Source of the DNA: a virus
Virus record (IMG/VR): IMGVR_UViG_3300022602_000029
Coordinates: 32,001 to 96,000 of that record
Reading direction: 5' to 3' (one strand)
Length of the DNA stretch: 64,000 nucleotides
A model generated the notes under the pieces. That model was not told the origin of the DNA. It did not search any database and saw nothing but the letters and a program-made list of their open reading frames with translations. The position numbers and the translations under genes were made by a program. Of the stretch, positions 39,026-48,409 are shown piece after piece; within the stretch, counting starts at the first letter, position 1, and the number at the start of each line of letters is the position of its first letter.

Positions 39026-39639
39026 CAAAAAAGATATTGGTAATGGGCCTGCCGGGATCCGGCAAAACCACGTTTAGCCAAGAGCTCGTAAAAAGGCTCA
39101 TGCTTACCCACACGGTTAAATGGTTTAACGCCGATGCTGTCCGTGAGCAGTACAATGATTGGGATTTCAGCCCAGAAGGCCGTAAGCGGCAGGTCGAGCG
39201 CATGGGTGATCTAGCCAAGAAAGCCGAAGTTGATTTCGCCATATGTGATTTTGTATGTCCCACACAAGACCTGAGAGATGCGTTTGATGCTGATATAGTA
39301 ATATGGATGGATACTATCACAGCGGGTAGATTTGAAGATACTAACAAAGTATTCCAAAAACCTATCGATGTAGATTATCATGTAACCGATTGGAGCGATG
39401 AGTGGGTTAAAAGCATTTCAGCTTCTCTAGCCATACCTAAAAGCGAAAGCCATTTACGAAGCATAGCTAAAGCAGTCAGCTGGAGAACCCTGGGAACTGT
39501 TGATACATTTATATTAAGTTTTATCATCACAGGTCAGGCAAAAATGGCACTTGCTATTAGCGGAGTTGAGATCTTTACTAAAGTATTCCTATTTTGGGCA
39601 CACGAACGCATTTGGACCAGGGTAGGCTGGGGAAGATAA
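39022..39639 (+). CDS. cysC: Adenylylsulfate (APS) kinase-like domain fused to DUF2061 membrane domain
   Basis: GLPGSGKTT P-loop, NAD.VR...DWDFSPEGRKRQ, DFVCPT; C-terminal ESHLRSIAKAVSWRTLGTVDT...HERIW. Confidence 0.75.
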   Translation: MTKKILVMGLPGSGKTTFSQELVKRLMLTHTVKWFNADAVREQYNDWDFSPEGRKRQVERMGDLAKKAEVDFAICDFVCPTQDLRDAFDADIVIWMDTITAGRFEDTNKVFQKPIDVDYHVTDWSDEWVKSISASLAIPKSESHLRSIAKAVSWRTLGTVDTFILSFIITGQAKMALAISGVEIFTKVFLFWAHERIWTRVGWGR

Positions 39640-39645
39640 TAAATA
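39640..39645 (+). promoter_or_regulatory. Late promoter core TAAATA
   Basis: 21 nt before ATG 39667, AGGAG SD. Confidence 0.6.
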
Positions 39646-39666
39646 CTATTATAAAAGGAGACTTAG

Positions 39667-39969
39667 ATGTCACAAATCACATTACAAAATGCCGTTGAAG
39701 TAACACCTGCTATCCCAGCAGTAACTTCAAATCAAGTCACTGTACTAGAAGTACGTGAAAACTTTGGTTGGAACTATGATCCAACACAACCTGGTGGATT
39801 TTTTGGTCCAGGACGCCCACAATCAGTAGAAGCTACTGTACTATTGAGCTCAGATCCACAGATCCAACGCACGATTACAGTATGGGAAGGTGATGCTTAT
39901 CTAGCAGTTCGTGGAACATGGACTGATGCTGATCTAGCTACTCGTATTACAGCGATACTAGGCGGTTAA
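39667..39969 (+). CDS. Hypothetical late protein
   Basis: TAAATA promoter plus strong AGGAG SD; 100 aa. Confidence 0.65.
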   Translation: MSQITLQNAVEVTPAIPAVTSNQVTVLEVRENFGWNYDPTQPGGFFGPGRPQSVEATVLLSSDPQIQRTITVWEGDAYLAVRGTWTDADLATRITAILGG

Positions 39970-40388
39970 ATCAACTCTAGCAATAGTTCGATCTTAGTTT
40001 TTATAGATCGATTATTGAGGCTGGTTTTAACACCCTGGTGTAATGGCTTAGGCCATGCGTTAAGGTCACACCAAGCATATCCCGAATGCTCATCATTGAG
40101 CGTCGGGATAAATTCTTTTTCTACGATCAAAACGTAGGTATTATATTGAAACTGTTGGTCGTTACTAGTGAATAGTTCTAAAGGAACTATTTTTTTTATG
40201 ACCGGAGTTTTGCCTACTTCTTCTTCTATTTCTCTTTTAAGAGCATCATAGGGCGTATGGTCCTGTGGTTCTTTCTTTCCGCCCACAAGGCCCCATGTTC
40301 CTGCTGTCTTTCCTTGAGTCCTTAGCAAGAATAAAAATCTTTTAGTATCTTTAGTTAAGAATAAACCGCCACTGCAAACTATCTGCAT
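39966..40388 (-). CDS. NUDIX hydrolase
   Basis: WGLVGGKKE...ALKREIEEEVG Nudix box; LNDEHSGYAW. Confidence 0.9.
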   Translation of the reverse strand: MQIVCSGGLFLTKDTKRFLFLLRTQGKTAGTWGLVGGKKEPQDHTPYDALKREIEEEVGKTPVIKKIVPLELFTSNDQQFQYNTYVLIVEKEFIPTLNDEHSGYAWCDLNAWPKPLHQGVKTSLNNRSIKTKIELLLELI

Positions 40389-41771
40389 TTATAATATTAA
40401 ACTCCAGTTACCTCTATCATACACACCTTCAAAAGATTTGGTCCATTGCGTACCATCCCATTTGTATTGTATCCCTGTATATGTATTAGTTATATAGGTA
40501 GTTGAAGTAACTTCTGCGGAATTGAAAATAACACTCCATGTCGTTCCATTAGTTGTTATTATATCATTAGCGTGGGCTATGAACTGTGAACCATTGAGAT
40601 TCTTCCATGCCTTGGCATCAGAGGGAATATCTTCTAATATTAGATATCTTGTATTAGGCTTAGTGATTCCTGGATTTAGTGTGGTAGGATCTACGATGGC
40701 ATCAATAGTACCTCTACCGTCGATTATGGTATTAGAAGGAATAGTATCTTGATCAAAGTTTAGATTTAGGTTAAAATCGTTTAAAGGATTCAAAGAGACA
40801 TAAGCGATGATCTGTGTCCCTGACGGAGTATTCAATCTAAGTTGGCTCAATCCTGCTGTAAATTCTCCAGGATATAAATCCAATAGCGTCTGCCACTGGA
40901 CTGAATGCACTGATGATGTGCTGGTCAAACTGTTATACAACTGATCATCCTTATATGGTATAAGGCTCGCTACTCCATCTAATACCAATAGATCGAAATT
41001 TCCAGGAGTTATGGCGGTCCTAGCGGTAGGAGTCTGTCCTTCGAAGAGATCAGTTAAACCTTGGTATGTAGAATAAGGTGCATTTTCTAATGTTCCTGTT
41101 GGCTCGGCATAGATATTGGCTATGATCTTGGTGATGATGCCCATCTGCAGTATCTTAGCAGGAGGGGTGATCCATATAGGACTATTAAAACTTATGCTAC
41201 ACACACTGATATCACTTTCTAATCCTTGGGGAATACTTCGACTCTCCCAAACCATACTGCTTATCTCTAGATAACTTAAACTGGTCCAATCGATATAGTT
41301 GTCAGAACTCTGTATCTCTAAAGCAGGATTGAACAACACAGCTATCTGTTCCCATAGTTGTAGTTTTTGTTCAGTGTTAGTTACCCATATATCGGCATTA
41401 AAGGTCACCTTATAGGGTGTAGGCATCATGCGCTGTACCGTATAGTTTTGACCCTGTGTGTTTACGTATTGTGATCCATCGGCATTCGTACCTCTTTCTC
41501 TTATCTGCACAGATTCTACGAAACTAGGATCCTGCATCCTATCTCGATCAAACTGTAGATCCTTAATATAACAAGATATAAACGGAGCACTTTGGATGAC
41601 ATTCTCGCTATTTTTACTAATAATCTGTGCTACCTGTCGACTCATGTCACCATACCGTACCGGTACCTGTGTAAGATTACCCCTAGCATCTTTGTAACTA
41701 AAGTTACTCATGACACGTATAAACTGTGTAAGGAATCTCCTTACCTGTCCATCATAAAAAAACTGGCTCAT
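40389..41771 (-). CDS. gp15: Tail completion/sheath stabiliser (T4 gp15-like)
   Basis: FFYDGQVRR...VPVRYG...PTPY...IW...QLWEQIAVLFNP; follows gp14 as in T4. Confidence 0.75.
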   Translation of the reverse strand: MSQFFYDGQVRRFLTQFIRVMSNFSYKDARGNLTQVPVRYGDMSRQVAQIISKNSENVIQSAPFISCYIKDLQFDRDRMQDPSFVESVQIRERGTNADGSQYVNTQGQNYTVQRMMPTPYKVTFNADIWVTNTEQKLQLWEQIAVLFNPALEIQSSDNYIDWTSLSYLEISSMVWESRSIPQGLESDISVCSISFNSPIWITPPAKILQMGIITKIIANIYAEPTGTLENAPYSTYQGLTDLFEGQTPTARTAITPGNFDLLVLDGVASLIPYKDDQLYNSLTSTSSVHSVQWQTLLDLYPGEFTAGLSQLRLNTPSGTQIIAYVSLNPLNDFNLNLNFDQDTIPSNTIIDGRGTIDAIVDPTTLNPGITKPNTRYLILEDIPSDAKAWKNLNGSQFIAHANDIITTNGTTWSVIFNSAEVTSTTYITNTYTGIQYKWDGTQWTKSFEGVYDRGNWSLIL

Positions 41772-42982
41772 AATTTATCTGCTTTCGGTCTTAGTGCTTT
41801 ACTCAATGCTTGTCTTTGCGGCATAGTTACATTACCGACAGTGACGGTATTGGTATTATTAACGAATGTACCGAGCTGTGTTTGATTGATAGCTTTTCCA
41901 GCATTCAATGTGCCTGGGGCTACATCGTTGGCTCCGAAGTTATCCAGGGTCATCCTTACGCTACTTTCAACAAATACCCAGTAGTGTCCGTCCCATTTAT
42001 ACATGACGTTTGGTACATAATCTATCCTTAGGCAGTATTGTCCTACCACGGGATCTGTAGGATACGTTATTCCCATGGTGATAGGAGCACCATTTGGCGG
42101 GATAGCACCATTGGTCAAGTATCCTTGATATTGAGTATTTTTTCCTTCCGGACTGGAACTTAATACGAAACTGGCATCGAGGGCATTGTTATCACTGCTA
42201 ACATCAACGCCTGTTGTGACATCTACTGATCCAGATAATCCATTAGCATTAAGTGGTATAACATAATAGGCGGTGTTATCGTATCCACTTAATGGAACAT
42301 CTAGTTCAGCCTGTTGTATGATAGCTTCATTGACCTGTATATTGGTATTGTAGGTACTGAGTACATCTCGTAGGGTCTTATTACCATCTCCTGAAGGGGA
42401 ATCAAGTATCTCTTTAAATTCTTGGCTATCAACTAGTGGTTGGCATTTAGCTCTCAGCAGGTGCGGGTACCACGTTTGGCTAAATCCTGATGCAGTTCTC
42501 GTTACATCAGTTATTACATAAAATCTTTTTAAAGCCACTGTGCTATCGTCGAGTGCGTATTCGTCTTTTAGATGAGGTAGTTCTAATACATCTCCTGCCA
42601 TTATTTTGCGTCCCAGTGCATCATAGGTGGTCCTTAGATGGAAAGTCACCATGATATTATCATTTTGTAAGAATAATCCAAACTGGCTGAGATTGAAATC
42701 TATATCCTGCATCGTATAGATGACACGCATCTGATAAACATCAGGTTCATATTTCCTATCTCTGTTTTCCATGAATAACAGATCTTGTATTCCTAGTTCA
42801 GAAATATAGTTTCCGTTGTTAGGTATCGCAGGGCTACTCTCGCCTTCTTGCGGGTTTACTGGTCCTAGATATTTGTGCACGAAAACATCTGTGCCTCCTA
42901 CTTGGAATTGTTCGTTGATAACACGGTCTAGGAATCTGAAATCCGGACCTTTTTCTGGTTTATATAAACTTAGGCGTGGCAT
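41768..42982 (-). CDS. gp14: Neck protein (T4 gp14-like)
   Basis: IQDLLFMENRDRKY...LSQFGLF...GDVLELPH. Start MPRLSLY (42982) is preferred because TATAAATA lies just upstream. Confidence 0.75.
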   Translation of the reverse strand: MPRLSLYKPEKGPDFRFLDRVINEQFQVGGTDVFVHKYLGPVNPQEGESSPAIPNNGNYISELGIQDLLFMENRDRKYEPDVYQMRVIYTMQDIDFNLSQFGLFLQNDNIMVTFHLRTTYDALGRKIMAGDVLELPHLKDEYALDDSTVALKRFYVITDVTRTASGFSQTWYPHLLRAKCQPLVDSQEFKEILDSPSGDGNKTLRDVLSTYNTNIQVNEAIIQQAELDVPLSGYDNTAYYVIPLNANGLSGSVDVTTGVDVSSDNNALDASFVLSSSPEGKNTQYQGYLTNGAIPPNGAPITMGITYPTDPVVGQYCLRIDYVPNVMYKWDGHYWVFVESSVRMTLDNFGANDVAPGTLNAGKAINQTQLGTFVNNTNTVTVGNVTMPQRQALSKALRPKADKL

Positions 42983-42989
42983 AGTAGTA

Positions 42990-43005
42990 TATTTATAGGT
43001 AAATA
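42990..43005. promoter_or_regulatory. Back-to-back late promoters for gp14 (minus-strand TATAAATA 42997-42990) and gp13 (plus-strand TAAATA 43000-43005)
   Basis: Both motifs lie in the 28-nt divergent gap. Confidence 0.7.
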
Positions 43006-43010
43006 ACAGT

Positions 43011-43847
43011 ATGGCCCAATACAACAATTACCCACCTAATCCTGCGTATCCTCCTACTAATCCCATAACTCCGGATTACGAGGCGTATCTAAAACAGCTT
43101 GAAGTGTCACGCCAAGATGTTGTCGAATATGTTAGAACCATGTTAGGTTATGGAATGGTTGACGTTGAGCTCGATCCCGCACATTACAATACAGCTATAG
43201 ATAAAGCATTGGCCAAGTATCGTCAGCGCAGTAGTAATGCTGTAGAAGAAAGTTTTGGATTCTTGACCTTAGAGATCGATCAGAACGAATATGTATTACC
43301 TAGAGAAGTCCAAAGCGTCCGTGAGATATTCCGACGTAGCATCGGCTCAAGGACAGGCGGTGGTGATGGCGGATCATTATTTGAGCCATTTAATCTAGCC
43401 TACAGCAATACCTATTTGCTTAGTACCAGCAACATGGGAGGTATCGCTACCTACTATATGTTCGCTAGTTATCAGAAAGAAGTAGGTAAGTTATTTGGTA
43501 GTTATATCCTGTTTGATTTTAACTCTGTAACTAAAAAGCTACGCATCACACAGCGTCCAAGAGGACAAGAAAGTGTCTTATTATGGATGTATAATCAACG
43601 TCCAGATTTCCAACTATATACAGATACCTATTCAGGGATATGGTTAAAAGATTATACTCTAGCACTATGTAAGATCATGCTAGGTGAAGCACGTGAAAAA
43701 TTCGCCACTATCGCTAGTCCACAAGGCGGAACACAGTTAAATGGACAGGCCCTCAAAACTGAGGGTAGAGAACTAATCGAAAAACTAGAACTTGAATTGA
43801 TTAATAATCACGATAATCAAACACCAATGTGGTTTACCAGGGGTTGA
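43011..43847 (+). CDS. gp13: Neck protein (T4 gp13-like)
   Basis: EYVRTMLGYGMVDVEL...AIDKALAKY...WLKDYTLALCK..LGEAREKF..I.SPQGG..LNG. Confidence 0.8.
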   Translation: MAQYNNYPPNPAYPPTNPITPDYEAYLKQLEVSRQDVVEYVRTMLGYGMVDVELDPAHYNTAIDKALAKYRQRSSNAVEESFGFLTLEIDQNEYVLPREVQSVREIFRRSIGSRTGGGDGGSLFEPFNLAYSNTYLLSTSNMGGIATYYMFASYQKEVGKLFGSYILFDFNSVTKKLRITQRPRGQESVLLWMYNQRPDFQLYTDTYSGIWLKDYTLALCKIMLGEAREKFATIASPQGGTQLNGQALKTEGRELIEKLELELINNHDNQTPMWFTRG

Positions 43848-43872
43848 TCTCTACATCTAAATGTAATAAACT
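43844..43872 (+). promoter_or_regulatory. Possible sigma70-like promoter TTGATC-N17-TAAACT for dNMP kinase
   Basis: Correct spacing but degenerate boxes. Confidence 0.4.
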
Positions 43873-43892
43873 ATAAACAAGCAGGAGACACT

Positions 43893-44543
43893 ATGATTAT
43901 AGGCTTTGTTGGTTTAATAGGCAGCGGTAAAGATACAGCCGCAGATTACTTAGTTAACTTCCACGGATTTAGACGAGACAGTTTCGCCAGCACACTCAAA
44001 GATGCTGTAGCCGCGGTATTCGGTTGGGACCGAACATTACTAGAAGGCAGGACCAAAGAAGGTCGCGAATGGCGAGAACAGGTAGATCCATGGTGGGCTG
44101 AGAGATTGAATATGCCTACGCTGACTCCCCGTTGGGTCCTGCAGTATTGGGGCACAGACGTTATCCGCAACGGATTCCATAACGACATGTGGATAGCTAG
44201 CCTAGAAAATAAGATGCGCAAAACTACTGATGACATAGTGATCAGCGATGTTAGATTTCCTAACGAGATAACTGCTATACACAACAGTGGTGGCATCGTG
44301 GTACGAATAAAGAGAGGCGCCGATCCTGAATGGTTTATAGATGCTGAACACTATAATGCTGGACCTAATGGAAATTTGGATTGGGCGTTAAGTAAAAATC
44401 GATTAACTGCTCACAATGTACACTCTAGCGAATACAGCTGGGTCGGTGGTAATATAGATCATATCGTTATTAATGATTCCACGATCGATGATCTTTTCCA
44501 GCAGATTAAAAATCTGGTACCAAATCTCCCTGTCTCCAACTGA
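43893..44543 (+). CDS. gp1: Deoxynucleoside monophosphate kinase (T4 gp1-like)
   Basis: IIGFVGLIGSGKDT, SFA..LKD, TPRWVLQYWGTDVIR, ISDVRFPNE, HSSE; SD AGGAG. Confidence 0.9.
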   Translation: MIIGFVGLIGSGKDTAADYLVNFHGFRRDSFASTLKDAVAAVFGWDRTLLEGRTKEGREWREQVDPWWAERLNMPTLTPRWVLQYWGTDVIRNGFHNDMWIASLENKMRKTTDDIVISDVRFPNEITAIHNSGGIVVRIKRGADPEWFIDAEHYNAGPNGNLDWALSKNRLTAHNVHSSEYSWVGGNIDHIVINDSTIDDLFQQIKNLVPNLPVSN

Positions 44544-44844
44544 CGCCTTCATCTAGTAGTAGTCTCTGGCAGTTGGCACATACTGATTTGAGATTAGCAT
44601 GGCGACAGTTATCTAAATTTCCATCTATGTGATATACATTGAACTGTTTGGAATATCTGCTAGTGAAGCCGCATTTGTCGCATTTCAGTTTTAACTTGTA
44701 TCCTGCCCTGGCCCATCTTGGGATTCCTTCTTCTCTTCCCCTAACACAATGGTCGCACTGACTCCTATAATAGGTCTTGCCCTCTTTGTGATAGTTAACA
44801 GCCCTTGGCCTAGTTCCGCATTTTTTACATAATAATCTCGACAT
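44506..44844 (-). CDS. HNH endonuclease with Zn-binding CxxC motifs
   Basis: CKKC...CDHC...CDKC...HIDGNLDNCRHANLKSVCANC; start MSRLL is downstream of TAAATA and AAGGG. Confidence 0.8.
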   Translation of the reverse strand: MSRLLCKKCGTRPRAVNYHKEGKTYYRSQCDHCVRGREEGIPRWARAGYKLKLKCDKCGFTSRYSKQFNVYHIDGNLDNCRHANLKSVCANCQRLLLDEGVSWRQGDLVPDF

Positions 44845-44873
44845 ATGCGCCCTTTTGTTGCCCTTTACAAACG

Positions 44874-44912
44874 TATTTAATACGGTAAAAAATCTTGTGG
44901 TATCGCTAAATA
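44874..44912. promoter_or_regulatory. Divergent late promoters for HNH (minus, 44879-44874) and sheath (plus, 44907-44912)
   Basis: TAAATA on each strand in the intergenic gap. Confidence 0.6.
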
Positions 44913-44944
44913 AAACAAAGTGATCCAAATTAGGAGATTCAACA

Positions 44945-47900
44945 ATGGGAACAACACTAAATTCACCAGGCGTATCAGTAAGCGTAATAGACCAGAGTTT
45001 TTACACACCAGCTGCCCCTGGAACGGTTCCGATGTTTTTCGTAGCATCGGCCGCAAACAAAATTAATAGTTCCGGAGTTATTGCCCAGGGAACTATACCA
45101 GCTAACGCAGGTACAGTATATACGATTTCAAGTCAACTAGATCTAGTTAATACATTTGGTACACCTCTGTTCCCTACAGATAGCCAAGGTAACAGCATCA
45201 ACGGCGGCGAGCAAAATGAATATGGATTACAGGCTGCCTACAGCAGTTTAGGTGTTAACAACCTAGCATATGTTGTTAGAGCTAATATCGATCTAAGCCA
45301 GTTATCAGCTAGCGCATCTGTTCCAACTGGTCTACCAGTCAATGGAACATATTGGTTAGATACAGGCAACACACAGTTTGGAGTTTATGAGTGGGATGCT
45401 GTAAACAAAGTATTCACTTTACAAACACCATTAATCATCGATGACAGTAACTCAGCTACAGACACTGCAGATGGATTGACTCCTAATCAAAGTTTTGGTA
45501 CATTAGGTGCCTATGCTGTAGTCGCTACCAGCATGAATAAAGGTCAAGTATGGTACAAAAACGAATCCAATAACTGGGTGATCGTTGGTACTAATACAGA
45601 ATCACAGTTTGGATCCAGCATCAGCGGATACACATTTAAATCTAACTCTTGGGTAACAAGCTATCCATTGGTGACCAGCACTGGTATACAAGGCCTAACA
45701 GGTGGTAGCACATTCTATATCAATGGAACACAGATCACTATTGGATCAACATCTACTAACAGCGTGGCTACAACTATCAATAGCCTAATGCCACAGAACG
45801 GTGTAGGAGCCAAGGTTAACAGTAGCGGTTATATAGAACTATATGCTGATTCTAGAGCCGACGGGGTAACCACTAACGATGGACAAATCGTGCTAAGTGG
45901 AACGACATCAACTCTAGTAGCGTTAGGATTGACAGCAGGTACATATGCTCCTGTGGCATTGACACTAGCACCGCATACACAAGTTCCTAAATATGCTTCA
46001 CTGGGTGTACCTAGTGGTAGTGTATACGTCAAGACAACCAGCGCTAGCGTTGGTGCTGATTGGATCATTAGATTATACAATGCGAATACAGCAGTATGGA
46101 CTACAGTTTCTGCTCCTATATATGGCGGAACAGATGCAGCCTTAGTTGCTCTAGATCCAGTAGGCGGTGGTGGCCAGATAGCAGTAGGTACCTTATTCGT
46201 AGAAAGCAACTTCGACCACGGTAAGAATACATATAATAGTCCCAAAGAAGCTGAGTTTAGAGTCATGCGTAGATCAGCTACTAAACCTACTACTATAGTA
46301 GGCGGACAAAGCGTATCGTCTTTTGTTATTCATAGAGGCGCTAGTACAGTTACTACCGTTTACAGTTTCTCAATAGATGAAAGTATCCCCGGAATAAACG
46401 GATATCAAAATACATCTACTATCACAGTAGCTACTATCACTGCTAGCACAGGATCAACAAGTACTACAGTGAGTGGTTCTAGTATAGTGACACAGATCAG
46501 TGCTGCCGGATTTGCAGAAATCAGCGCCAGTATCAACAGTAGTGGTTATCTAACAATCACTCATGCAAGTGGTGGAGATTTCCGTCTAACTGATATCAAC
46601 TCAACAGGCATACTCAGCACATTAGGCTATACAGCTACAGGAAATAATCCTACAGCGAATCTACTGGCTCCAGGAGCTTTTGATTCATATACCTTCAAAG
46701 GTTCAAACTGGGCTCCGTTGGTATTTGAAGCATTAACTACAGAACCAACGACTAGCCCAACTAATGGACAGTTATGGTATGGAAGTAATCTAGAAGATGT
46801 TGATATCTTATATCATAACGGCACTACATGGGTAGGATATCAATATGCTGGTAATGGTTACCAAGGAGTTGATCCTGCGTTCCCTAACAGCGATCCTAAT
46901 GGACCTATCATAGCCGCAGTACAACCTACTAAACAGAGCGATGGTACAGCATTAGAAAACGGTGATATATGGATTAACAGCTCAAGTTCAGTTATATATG
47001 GCCAAGCTATATATGTTTACAATGGCAATACTTTAACATGGGTCCTACAAGATCCTTCCGATCACGTTACACCTAATGGCTGGGTATTTGCTGACGCACG
47101 CTGGGCAACAAGTGGTCAGGCTACTCAACCAAGCTCTATTAAATCATTGTTGACAAGTAACTATCTAGATCCAGACGCACCGGATCCAGCACTATATCCA
47201 GAAGGCACACGCTTATGGAATCTACGTCGTAGTGGATACAACGTCAAGAAATATGAAGTCGGTTATATCAACATCTACGAAAACAACGGTGTCAATCCTA
47301 GATATCAAAATGACCCAATGGAGGGTCAAGGTAACACTACCCCATATAACGCTAACCGTTGGGTAACAGTTAGCCCTAATGACTATTTAGGTAGAGGTGT
47401 ATTCGGAAGATATGCACAGCGAGGCTTTGTTGTAGCGAGTTTGAAATCAGCTATAGATACAAATACAAAAGCTAGAGATACCGATACAGTTATATTCAAT
47501 CTATCTGCTTGCCCTGGATACCCAGAAGCGATACAGAACTTGATCGAACTAAATTCTGATAGAGGTTACACAGGATTTGTAGTGGGAGATACTCCATTCC
47601 GTTTACCTAGCGATACTACTTCTCTAGCCAACTGGGGTACCAACGCAGCCGGTGCTGTTGATAATGGAGAGCAAGGCGCTGTTAGTTATGATGACTACAT
47701 GGCTATGTTCTATCCAAGTGGTTATACGAATGATAACACAGGAAATCCTATCATCGTACCACCAAGCCATATGATGATACGCACTATTATTGAAAGCGAT
47801 CAGAAATCATATCCTTGGTTTGCTCCAAGCGGTGTGAACAGAGGAGCTATCGATAATGCTACATCAGTAGGTTATGTAGATAGCGCAGGTGATTTTATTA

Positions 47901-48379
47901 CGGCAGCCTTACCACAGAGCACACGCGATGTAATGGCTCAGAATGGAAAGATCAATCCTTTAGCAACACTAAATGGGGTTGGTATCGTTAACTATGGTAA
48001 CTATACTAGGGCCCACACAGCAAGTGCGTTAGACAGGATCAACGTAGCTAGATTGGTAGCTTATCTAAGACGCCAGCTAGGTATTTTGGCTCAACCTTAT
48101 CTGTTTGAACCAAATGATTCTGGTACTAGAGCCGCAATACAAAAAGCCGCAGAAAGTCTGTTTATTGAATTAGTCAATCAACGTGCTATCTATGACTATA
48201 TTGTAGTTTGCGATTCTAGCAACAACACACCAGCAAGGATCGATAGAAACGAACTATGGTTGGATGCGGCTATCGAACCAGTTAAAGCAGTTGAGTTTAT
48301 CTATATACCATTGAGACTGTTGAATACAGGCGCTATAGCATCAGGAAATCTTGGTGCTGGATTCCCCGGTTCAAATTAA
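44945..48379 (+). CDS. gp18: Tail sheath protein (T4 gp18-like, 1144 aa)
   Basis: LNSPGVSVSVID; C-terminal WFAPSG.NRG, INPL, RINVARL, FEPND..TR, CD.SNNTP..IDRNEL..D.AIEPVKAVEFIY. Confidence 0.95.
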   Translation: MGTTLNSPGVSVSVIDQSFYTPAAPGTVPMFFVASAANKINSSGVIAQGTIPANAGTVYTISSQLDLVNTFGTPLFPTDSQGNSINGGEQNEYGLQAAYSSLGVNNLAYVVRANIDLSQLSASASVPTGLPVNGTYWLDTGNTQFGVYEWDAVNKVFTLQTPLIIDDSNSATDTADGLTPNQSFGTLGAYAVVATSMNKGQVWYKNESNNWVIVGTNTESQFGSSISGYTFKSNSWVTSYPLVTSTGIQGLTGGSTFYINGTQITIGSTSTNSVATTINSLMPQNGVGAKVNSSGYIELYADSRADGVTTNDGQIVLSGTTSTLVALGLTAGTYAPVALTLAPHTQVPKYASLGVPSGSVYVKTTSASVGADWIIRLYNANTAVWTTVSAPIYGGTDAALVALDPVGGGGQIAVGTLFVESNFDHGKNTYNSPKEAEFRVMRRSATKPTTIVGGQSVSSFVIHRGASTVTTVYSFSIDESIPGINGYQNTSTITVATITASTGSTSTTVSGSSIVTQISAAGFAEISASINSSGYLTITHASGGDFRLTDINSTGILSTLGYTATGNNPTANLLAPGAFDSYTFKGSNWAPLVFEALTTEPTTSPTNGQLWYGSNLEDVDILYHNGTTWVGYQYAGNGYQGVDPAFPNSDPNGPIIAAVQPTKQSDGTALENGDIWINSSSSVIYGQAIYVYNGNTLTWVLQDPSDHVTPNGWVFADARWATSGQATQPSSIKSLLTSNYLDPDAPDPALYPEGTRLWNLRRSGYNVKKYEVGYINIYENNGVNPRYQNDPMEGQGNTTPYNANRWVTVSPNDYLGRGVFGRYAQRGFVVASLKSAIDTNTKARDTDTVIFNLSACPGYPEAIQNLIELNSDRGYTGFVVGDTPFRLPSDTTSLANWGTNAAGAVDNGEQGAVSYDDYMAMFYPSGYTNDNTGNPIIVPPSHMMIRTIIESDQKSYPWFAPSGVNRGAIDNATSVGYVDSAGDFITAALPQSTRDVMAQNGKINPLATLNGVGIVNYGNYTRAHTASALDRINVARLVAYLRRQLGILAQPYLFEPNDSGTRAAIQKAAESLFIELVNQRAIYDYIVVCDSSNNTPARIDRNELWLDAAIEPVKAVEFIYIPLRLLNTGAIASGNLGAGFPGSN

Positions 48380-48382
48380 TGG

Positions 48383-48388
48383 TAAATA
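48383..48388 (+). promoter_or_regulatory. Late promoter core TAAATA for tail tube
   Basis: 21 nt before ATG 48410, AAGGAG SD. Confidence 0.6.
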
Positions 48389-48409
48389 TAAAGAATAAGG
48401 AGCATTTTG

